This document shows positions 54,640-64,000 of a stretch of 64,000 bases of DNA, in pieces; the stretch's first letter is position 1; the number at the start of each line of letters is the position of its first letter. The translations under genes were made by a program, and so were the position numbers. Origin of the DNA: Nemertoderma westbladi. Lineage: Eukaryota; Animalia; Xenacoelomorpha. Below the pieces are notes generated by a model that did no database searches, was not told where the DNA came from, and saw only the letters and a program-made list of their open reading frames with translations. The stretch covers positions 46,875 to 110,874 of the forward strand of contig JAUCBJ010006703.1 in the NCBI GenBank assembly GCA_032718475.1. Reading direction: 5' to 3'.

Positions 54640-54738
54640 AAATAATAAAAGTGCGAAAAGGTAAGAACTTAATAATAAATTGATTTTTTGTAGATTCAAA
54701 CGCCAGGCTTTTTTTGTGCTTGTTCACACTGGTGCTTA

Positions 54739-57171
54739 TAGATTGTGGCTTTCCAGTTCCAGTTACCTTTATTCCATATTGTATAAAACAAGTGATTGGT
54801 TGGAGAAAACTGCTACTAAGCAGCAACCAATCACGTTATTCCTGTTTAACACAGAGTAAATGAGAAGGGAATATTGGTAACTAGTAAAAGTCATTACAGG
54901 GAATGAAGGTCAGCACCCGCAAGCTAAACGGTTAAAACAAGTTAAGGTATAGATGCTAGCTTTCTGACTATGTGGGGCGAGACACGTAGTCGGCGAGCCT
55001 TGGCATACGGTTCATATAGGGCAAATGGGGCATGTCCGTCTGTCTGTCCGTCCGTCTGGTATATCTTTGAACGCAAATTTCTCGGCATCGCTGATTTGAA
55101 ATTGAACCAAACTTAGTAGGTAAGTAGCAGAGGGAAAGTTTAGAAAATTTGTAAAGTTTGGTGAAAAATCTTGCAGTCTGACATCAGCCACGACAGATTA
55201 TGTGGTTTTTAGAAAATGTTAAATTTCTCGGGAACGCCTCATTTTCCAGAGCTGAAATTTTGGTTGCTTGTAGAGAATCATAAAGTCTATCTTCTACGAA
55301 ATTGAAAAGGTAAGACATTTAATTGGGGATCGGCTAGAGACTCCGAAGTAATGCCATAGGCCTACCGGTACGGTACTGCTGTACTGTACAAGTACGAAAT
55401 TGCAGAATAATAATTTGACACCACCTAGCGGATTAATATATAATTGTATATCGATCGAATACATTTTATAGCATGGGGTATAGGGTCCGAGCCGAGCCAC
55501 GAAGTTGGCGGATCCTTTGCGAACTGGCGCTATCTCTTAGGGGGGTAGGTCAATTATCAATTATGGCAAATAGTTCATTCAATAATTGTACTGTATGTCA
55601 TCATCGTCGCTACGATTTTGACCTACTTATATCTTCGTCGGATTTAAAGCTTTCGAGTCTAAAATTAGTTGGCATCAATAAGACCATAAGTTTTGTTTTT
55701 TAGGGACTTCCAGACACCATCAAATCCTCAGTCTCTCGCTAGAGGGCTCTTTGCTTTAAACCCGTTCTAGCTGAAACTTGGCATATTTGTACTAGACCAT
55801 TAACTGTGTCATTCAAAGGAGGCTCATCTGTCTGTAGTTCTCTAGTATGCCGCTAGAGGGCAAAATGTCTCAAAGTGCAATCACTGATTTAGCTGAAACA
55901 TCAGATATGTGCTAGAACACGTCCGGTGTGTTTGCCGGGCTAGGAATCAGTCCGACCAGAGTGCTACTTCAGACAAGAATGCTACTTCAGAGAGGGAAAT
56001 TAAAAAAAAATTTAATGATCTATGTTAGTTTATCGGTACAATACAACAAGCAGTTGCACGACCAGTCACTACATGTTTAACACAATTAATTGTTATTTTC
56101 GCTTCTCTACCAATAATAATATGAAGTTGCAGCAATTATAGTGGCAGTCAGTTACCTTTTTTGTCTTGTAAATTCGGACGTCCGAAGTGGGGGGAGGTCT
56201 GAAAATCGGGAATTTACTCGGATTTACTCAATTTTTAAAAAATGTAGATTTTTTTGCCAATCACCAGAAATCGAAAATGCAAATACATAAATCTCACACC
56301 AGCCGCTAGGGGGCGCCAAAACTTTCACATTTTTATTTACTTTAGTTAATTCTCTTTCAAATGGTATATCGTTTTCTATGCATTTTTCAAACCATATTTA
56401 AAAAAACACCAGAGTGGGATACCCCCCCCCCCCTCCCCCTCCCTCCTTAAAAGGGACTTTATTATTTCTGACGGTACGTAGTTAATCTACCTACACGTTA
56501 GGCCTGACGCCTGACTTTGGTTAGACTAGAGTAGAAGATGTGTCCTGTAAAGCCCATGTTTGTAGTCATGTAAGCTACGGTAGATGTACTGTATATTAAT
56601 ATTTGTACAGTATGTTATTACATATACTAATTGCGTAATTAAAACACCAAATTATAATTGTACCTTCCAAGCTTACCCACCCCCCCCCCCCCCCCCCCCC
56701 CCATATTGGATATTATTTGCAGGATATAAGCGCTAGTGATATATATTTTTCATACGATATAACAACAAAGGTTATTGTTTTGGTTAGAAAAAGCCGTCTC
56801 TATTACCTGCTCCTTTCCCTCAATTGATAACAACATCGTTTATTGTTTTGGTTAGAAAAAGCCGTTTCTAAAACCTGCTCCATTCCCTGAATTGGTAACT
56901 GAAATGGTTACTAACAGTAACATGAATGGGGGGTAACAGCACACACAGATAGCACCGACAGCGACACTAAACCATTTCCCTGCAAAGCAACAAATTGTAC
57001 TAGAGCGACTAAAATGTATAGCCAAATTAAATTACATCGAATGTTCCATTCTCATTCCATTCTGTGTTAAACAGGAGTAACGTGATTGGTTGCTGCTTAG
57101 TAGCAGCTTTCTCCAACCAATCACTTGTTTTATACAAAATGGAATAAAGGTAACTGGAAAGCCACAAGCTA
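54739..57171. mobile_element. Non-autonomous element with ~130-bp TIRs (TAG...CTA ends), probably containing nested insertions
   Basis: 54739-54870 is the reverse complement of 57045-57171 (TTGTGGCTTTCCAGTT...CCAATCACGTTAYTCCTGTTTAACACAGA). No TSD could be resolved, so no superfamily is assigned. Confidence 0.7.
54936..55262. mobile_element. DINE-1/HINE (Helentron-derived)-like fragment
   Basis: Short inverted repeat GACTAYGTG...CACGTAGTC followed by a (GTCY)n microsatellite at 55034-55058. Similar GTCY tracts occur at ~39236 and ~58462. Boundaries are uncertain. Confidence 0.35.
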
Positions 57172-58751
57172 AACACCTGTCTTGTGCACCTCGTCAACCA
57201 GGACACATTACGGCCCTACGGGAATATATAAACCGTAGCCAGTAGATGTTGCATGTTGTTGGGTCAATAAGCCTAAAAGTGGCCAATGGTTTGTCCGGAA
57301 GTAAACGCTTTAATTTATTCGTATTTAATAAAGTTATATATTATTCTGTAGGTAATTTATTTGCGCAGCTTACGCACAAAAAATTATGAAAATCTGTAAA
57401 GGCTGTCAAAAGATATGCCCCATTAAAGACATAAATATCGTGAAAATCACTTGTCCCTTACATGACACGACCACAAACAACTGTAAATTTTATCACTCCA
57501 AGTGGAAAATATATAGGAAACCTATATATTGTCGGGAAGCTTAGATGTTTTGCTATCTTTTCCGATATATTTCAGGCCATAATATTCATGTTGAACCATT
57601 TGAGATTGATACATAAAATGGGCATGGATTTGTCAACTTTTGTGTCACATCTGTAACATTTACGTCTAGAATCTGAAGTAGTAACTGTGGGTTTTCAGTT
57701 TTGATATATTTAGAATCAACAGGGTTTCTAATAGGGCTCGATCGGTGTTGGGATTTGGCCGGAGACGGAGCCGGAGTTGGACAATTTGGCCGGAGCCGGA
57801 GTTTTTCAAAAATTTTAAAAATTTAATTATTTATTTTAAAAAAATGGCCTCGTTACGTCGTTTTATTTCATTCTATCATTACCTACTACTGTATGACAAA
57901 AATAATACAAATGTACTGTATATTGTACTGTATGTTACCTATTGTATTGTATATTTTATCTACTGTACCTACTGTAGTACTACTATCTATTCATCGCGCG
58001 TCCCCTGTCTGATTGATTTGTGTCAAATTAAATTGCCTTTGGCAACATTATTTGATACAAATCGATCGATCGATTAAGTAATTAATTAATTGTTTAATCG
58101 ACCAATTAAATAATTGATTAATTAATTAATGCTCTTAATAATAAACTAAGGTGCGAAGTAGGTCCAACTGTCGCCGAAAGGGGGTTACCATTACTACTGT
58201 AGATGGTTGTAAATTAAAAAACAAAGTGTAATTTTCCGTCCCGTCACTATTTCGTTGACTATTATTAATGCTACATTTCTGTGACATTCGTAACATGTTC
58301 GTGACGGGACGGAATTTTATATTATTTCCGTCCCGTCACGGGCGACGAGTTTGTGGAATTCCTATTTTACTTATATATATTTAACTAGTCGATGGGGCAA
58401 CGACGTCTGTGATCCGTAATATAAGTTAACATACAGTTTTAGTACGGGAAATATTTACCTTGTCCATCTGTATGTCTGTTCATATGTCTGTCTGTCCATA
58501 ATGTCTGGATCAATTTTTGATTGTCAACATATCTCGGCAAAATCAACAGCTAGGTAGGCCGAATAAAATTAAATTTTGTAGGACTACGGTATGTTTGTTT
58601 GTAATAAACATTGGATCACAGGATGTTTGTACTTTGTTATTGTTGGTGGCTGCGAGGTGGTGCTAAGAACTGAAACATTATTGACTAGTTTCAGTTCGAA
58701 TAAACCTGTTTATTAGTATTATAGTTCCAATTTCCCAAAAAATGGTTTCAG

Positions 58752-59714
58752 TCCTTACGGATGACCGTCTCCAGGCTGTAATTTAATAACCGGTACGTTG
58801 GCCTATCAGAAATTATAAATTGCATAAATTTGAAAATACCGCCAAAGGTCAAATTAAAAACATTACATGGAGTTAATAGTCTACTGTAGAATTAATGAGC
58901 GTAGACGATATGTGTGAAAGGATAAGTGTATAATTAAATTAAGTATATGTAGTACTTTTGTAGTAGAAGCTTGAATACTTTTTTCTAATTTACAAAAAAT
59001 GCACCAATGTGAAAATAGTTATAAAGTACCGTACCTGCAAATTCGAAAAATAGTTCCATATTTGAATAGCAACAAAACTACATTATACTTAAATTACCTC
59101 TCCTATTAACTTTTTCACTTGTTGTAACTATTTTTCGGATGTGCACCTGATTTTGTACCTAATTAATTTACTTTAACTATTTTCACATTGGTGCTTTTTT
59201 TTTGTAAATTAGAACAACAATAATTACATACTTAAATTACCTCTAATGTTAATTACTTCACTTGTTGTAACTATTTTTTCAAATTTGCACCTGATTCTGT
59301 ACCTAATTAATTTCCTTTAACTATTCACATTGGTGCATTTCTTGTAGATTAGAACAACAACTACACATACAGTACTTAAATTACCCTTCCTACGAATTAT
59401 TTTTCACTTGTAACTATTTTTCGAATTTGCAGGTACTTTAACTATTTTCACATTGGTGCATTTTTTGTAAATTAGAAAAAAGTATTCAAGCTTCTACTAC
59501 AAAAGTACTATACATATACTTAATTTAATTATACACTTATCCTTTCACACATATCGTCTACGCTCATTAATTCTACATTAGCCTATTAACTCCATGTAAT
59601 GTTTTTAATTTGACCTTTAGCTAGCGGGATTTTCAAATTTGTGAAATTTATAATTTCTGATAGGCCAACGTACCGGTTATTAAATTACAGCCTGATGACG
59701 GTCATCCGTAAGGA
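58752..59714. mobile_element. Foldback/long-TIR element (~300-bp arms) with ~140-bp internal direct repeats
   Basis: 58752-59055 is a close reverse complement of 59412-59714 (ends TCCTTACGGATGACCGTC and GACGGTCATCCGTAAGGA). The TACTTAAATTACC unit recurs at ~59086, ~59229 and ~59373. Confidence 0.85.
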
Positions 59715-60134
59715 GATCGAAATATAGCATAAAACTAAACACCAGACATACATTGCTCCGTTTAAACTCTTATGTTAATTCGACATCGGATGTTAGACCA
59801 CTTAAATCTATATTTAATTAAACTTTTGATAAATTATTACTCATGTTTTGTGATTCCGTCGTCACATTTTTGTTTTTCACTTTAGACAACATAGCAAGCA
59901 ACTTTAGAATTTTATACTGGTCATTTTATAACTAGACATCTATGGGTGCTAGTAATATATGACATAAAAATATTATTCCAAATCACTAGACAGATACTGT
60001 GGGGTATAATGTTTCTGAATTTCCGTCCTGTCACAAAACACGAATTTAGGATCATTACCACCACAATATCATGAAAGAATGGATATGTTTATTTATACAC
60101 ATTATACATACATTATATATACACTATATCAGCT

Positions 60135-60649
60135 AAAGTTACTTTGTTTCGTGCATTATTAACTACGGTATATTGTAATTCATTGTGTTCACGTAGCAAT
60201 TACTCTTCTGTAGTGTATAATCGTTTAAAGGTGGCATATAATAGGGCGGCTAGGTTGTTATTCTCCATACAAAGTGGTTACAGTATGTCCCTCTTCTTTG
60301 GAAATAACAATCTACCATGTTTCATACATATCCGTCATAAATCGATTAGGAGTTTATTTACCAGAGTAGATGCGTGTAATAATAAACTTATCCAAGCGGT
60401 CACTAGGGTAACGTCCGCTACGTCGCGGATACGGGCCATGCTGGACTAAGGGTATTTTTATTATATTACCTAATATGTAATGTATTTTTTACCGGATGCT
60501 TACATAGTAAGCCTACCCTATACTATACCCTACCCTACATTACATACGTTGATTTAATTATAATAATACAATTTATTGTTTTACTGTGCTATATGGACGT
60601 CTGTATTATGTATTTAATTTTACTGATGTCTGGAATAAATAAATAAATA
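60135..60649 (+). mobile_element. 5'-truncated non-LTR retrotransposon 3' end (RTE-X-like ORF2 C-terminus, 3' UTR and tail)
   Basis: LFRALLTTVYCNSL...RLKVAYNRAARLLF...SMSLFF...IRHKSIRSLFTRV...NKLI matches the post-RT C-terminal pattern of LINE ORF2. It ends TGTCTGGAATAAATAAATAAATA. Clade assignment is tentative. Confidence 0.7.
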
Positions 60650-62040
60650 GAGGTTTCTTCATCTTTATACTTACATGTCTGGGCAATTCACCAACGGTGT
60701 CCTGCAGTAATCCAGCAGAATCAACGATAAGAAACTTCTCCTTTATTCCACGATCAGTGTCAATAGTGACGGCGTAAATATCTTCTAATGTTGGACAATA
60801 CGACTAGACAAATAATTTATATCCATCTATATATATCTACATATATCTATCCCTACCTGCCTACAGCAGTTATCCCAGTATCCTGTATCCCTCTGCTGCT
60901 CTGTCTGTCTGTCCCTGCCTGCCTGTATCCTGCTATCTGCCTATCCCTATACTGCTATGCTATAGGCCCTGCTATGGCTGTATGGTGATAGGCAGATAGG
61001 CAGCGCAGATAGGCTAAAATATAGGCCTACCGCAGTACCGTAACATATACCGTTAAATAAAACAGAACATCCAGACATCAGTCTGACAGTTGCAGTACCG
61101 TGTACCTGCACATAAACCAACCTGCGGACGGCTTTCGTTGTAAATAACTTTGTGAATAAGAGAAGTTTTGCCAATACCTTTGAAGCCACACACGAATATC
61201 TTGAAAACTTTACCCATTCACTTTATTGAGGTTTCATTGCATTGCAGCAATGCCAGACTGACAGATTGCGTACCGGTATGGCTGTAGGCCTATGGTATTT
61301 TACTGACAGTTCTGCAGTCAGGCAGTCAGTCTTGCCCAATAAATACTGAAAGAAGGTCACATACAGTACATCAGTATGCTGGTATGACAGTATGAGGCAG
61401 TGAGGCGTTCCTTACTCTCATCCCATCCCATCCCGGCATCCAACAGTTCAACCCTTGTCTAACCGTCTAATGTCAGAACCGGAACAGAATGTGACAAAAT
61501 ACTGAAATAAACCCATGCAGCCATATCTGAGTGTCTAAGTCTGTAAGTCTGCACACTGCACGTACAGTGCTGGTACAGTGGTAACTGGTACAGCGTACCG
61601 GTAACCTTTAACAATTAGGCCTATTATACTGATATATGGGTTAATTTTTTCGACCAACGCGTAAGTACAGAGGTATGTGTAGTTAGACACATTCAGTCAT
61701 ATCGCACCTGTCCGCGGCAGGCTGGAAAAAGTCTCCCGGGCGCGCACAACGCCCGCGCACTTCATTGTCAACCGCGCATTCCCATATGCAATAATCGCGC
61801 ACCCCAAAAATCTCAACCGCGCACCCAAAAAAATTAAACCGCGCACCCCGAAAAAAAAGTAGGATAGTTTAAATTGCGCGAGACTACTGCTACGACTACG
61901 GTAATTGGAGATTATTACGGGTATATCTTTTGCGTAGAGGTATAGCCTATATAGAGGCTACATGGGTATTAGTACGTTTGAACGACACTAGCCAAACAAT
62001 CATGAAATCAGATAGAAACTGATAAAAATTGTTACCGGTA

Positions 62041-63093
62041 CCGGTATAGCAGTATTGTTAGGCCTGCTGCTGTACTGTTACTTACTGGCCTACTGTTTGT
62101 ATTCTGTACTCGTGTACTGTCATGGCTGAATTAAATTTCATTGAGATTGGGAAACATATCGAGACTGAGGAGCGCGCTATTGAGTTTGCACAAAGCGTGG
62201 AGCTTCTCCCCCGAACTCTACATCAAAATTTGCATCGTGATGCAGACACCCTCCGCCCTATTTTGGAGAAACATGTCGCCGGTGGAACCAAGATACAGTC
62301 CGACGAATGGCCTGCGTATTGCGGTGTGAATGTTGACATAACAAACGCCACTAACCCTTTTTTGGTCTGCTACCAATGGAACAGTGACCTACATACACGA
62401 AACCGTCAACCATTCGGTAGAGTGGGTGAGTGCGACTGGCACCCACACTCAACGTATAGAGTCGATGTGGGGGCCACTTAAAGACGTCAGTCATCCGCAA
62501 TAAGAAATGCACAGCACCGCAACTTATTGCTGGCCACCTGGTAGAATTTCGGTGGAGACTTTTAAATCGCGACCGACCCTTCTCGAATCTCCTTGCTCTT
62601 TTCAAACATTACTACCCTTGCTGAATGTCTATACGACCCTACCTAACTGCCTTATCAACCCAAACGGCCCTTTTCAGCGCCAACTACTGTACGACCTCAC
62701 CTGACCTTAACCAACCCAAACAGCCAAAACGCCCTTTTCAGGGCCAACATATGAAATAAACAACCGTATCGCAACAGCGTTATTAGCTTGTAATATTTTT
62801 TTTACAATAAAGATACACCCCCAGTCGGGGTAAATATCAATTTTAATATTGGAAATATGCACTGTATGTACGGTAGACTGTAATTAAGATTACGTACGCG
62901 CACAGTAAATCGTAATTAAACTAATAGATTAAGCTAAAATATTACATAATTAAGCTAGTAAATAATAGTAATAGTAGTAATAATAGTAGTAGTAAGTAAT
63001 ATAATATAGATTAAAATAATACATTCCCTTCAAAGAACTTAATAAATAATACCCATGCAATCCGCAAGGTGGTGCACAATACTGCTATACCGG
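62041..63093 (+). mobile_element. Merlin/IS1595-like DNA transposon, internally deleted
   Basis: Perfect inverted repeats CCGGTATAGCAGTATTGT (62041) and ACAATACTGCTATACCGG (63076-63093) bracket the transposase remnant. The exact ends are ambiguous because the flanks are palindromic. Confidence 0.7.
62122..62624 (+). pseudogene. Merlin/ISXO2-like DDE transposase pseudogene (internal deletion and frameshift)
   Basis: RDADTLRPILEKHVAGGTKIQSDEWPAY, then in another frame HETVNHSVEWVSATGTHTQRIESMWGHLK...HLVEFRWR to TGA at 62622-62624. The segment with the first catalytic Asp is absent. Confidence 0.88.
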
Positions 63094-63095
63094 TA

Positions 63096-63996
63096 CCGGT
63101 GTAACAGCGGATTCAGTCCCCCGAAGAATCGGTCCCCCCGGACCGGATCTGCTAGCGGATTTAGTCCCCCGGACCCAATCCGCTAGCAGATTTGGTCTCC
63201 CTAGGACCAAATCTGCTAGCGGATTGGGTCCTCGTTCGCGGATTTGGTCCCCCCAATGTTATTGCAATAAATTCAAAATACACTGCCAGACTGCTCCGTT
63301 CCCTTCCTTATTGTCAATGGTTACAGTACTGGCAGACCGGTTATTCAGTATGTATCGTTTATTGTTCTGGTTTGAAAACCTTGTCTGTGTAACCTGCTCC
63401 TCCCCAATTTCGTAGTACGATAAATTTATTGTAATGAGGTTATATTGTTTTAGCCTTTTTATTATTAGAAAATATATCCTCCCCACCTGCAAACTAATAA
63501 TATGAATGAATATGAATAACTGTTACTCAGTTGGGTTTAGGTGTAACAGTTGAACTGAATATACCACCCCCCCCCCCCCCCCCCCCCCCCCACCCCGAAA
63601 ATACTATCAGTACATATATTAGGCCTAGGTAATGAGGCCTGACAACTCGAACTACAGTATGTTTATTACTGTAATAGGGACAGTACAGTATCTTCCTCCT
63701 CATCATGTAATCATCCCTCATCCATAATGAATCTATAATGTTGAATTTTAATCAGTCTGCAGGTCTGACCGATAATTTAATGCATAAGCTACGCCTACGT
63801 TGCTATGTCCGTACCAGTACTGCTGCACTCAGCACTGTCTGACTGTACTGTAAAATTATAATTTAAGGGGGGGACTCAATCTGCGGAGGGGGGACAGAAT
63901 CCGCTAGCGGATTCGGTCCCCCCGGACTCAATCCGCTAGCGGATTCGGTCCCCCCGGACCATATCCGCGGGGGGACAGAATCCGCTGTTACACCGG
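63096..63996. mobile_element. ~900-bp MITE with TIR CCGGTGTAACAGCGGATTC and subterminal ATCCGCTAGCGGATT repeats, flanked by TA
   Basis: TA|CCGGTGTAACAGCGGATTC ... GAATCCGCTGTTACACCGG|TA. Palindromic ATCYGCTAGCRGAT units occur near both ends; no coding capacity. Confidence 0.85.
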
Positions 63997-64000
63997 TACC

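Noticed and set aside
57720-58345. CAGGG...GGAGCCGGAG and TTCCGTCCCGTCAC repeats suggesting hAT-like MITE ends
   Set aside because: No matching second terminus or TSD was found, so no element can be delimited.

Overview
Eukaryotic genomic DNA, most likely from an invertebrate animal (inferred from the transposon classes, AT-rich intergenic DNA and the two genes). Positions 1-35.7 kb are a G-rich 42-bp satellite with ~2.2-kb higher-order repeats, interrupted at 30.5-31.6 kb by a foldback/MITE-like insert. The giant ORFs over this satellite are products of a nearly stop-free monomer. The remaining 28 kb holds two minus-strand genes with uninterrupted CDSs. One is a UBE2Z-like E2 with an added SIM-like N-terminus and a bipartite-NLS-like C-terminus; the other is an AKAP11/SPHKAP-like multi-helix protein. 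This region also contains a second related satellite in the opposite orientation, three minisatellites, 3' fragments of RTE and RTE-X-like LINEs, several TIR elements (one Sola1-like with an AAAT TSD) and a decayed Merlin/IS1595-type transposase. The most unusual signals are (i) two different CCGGT-ended TIR elements stacked at a TACCGG target, with TACCGGTA strongly over-represented across the window, and (ii) the SIM + E2 + NLS architecture next to the satellite edge. No database searches were possible; family calls rest on remembered motifs.
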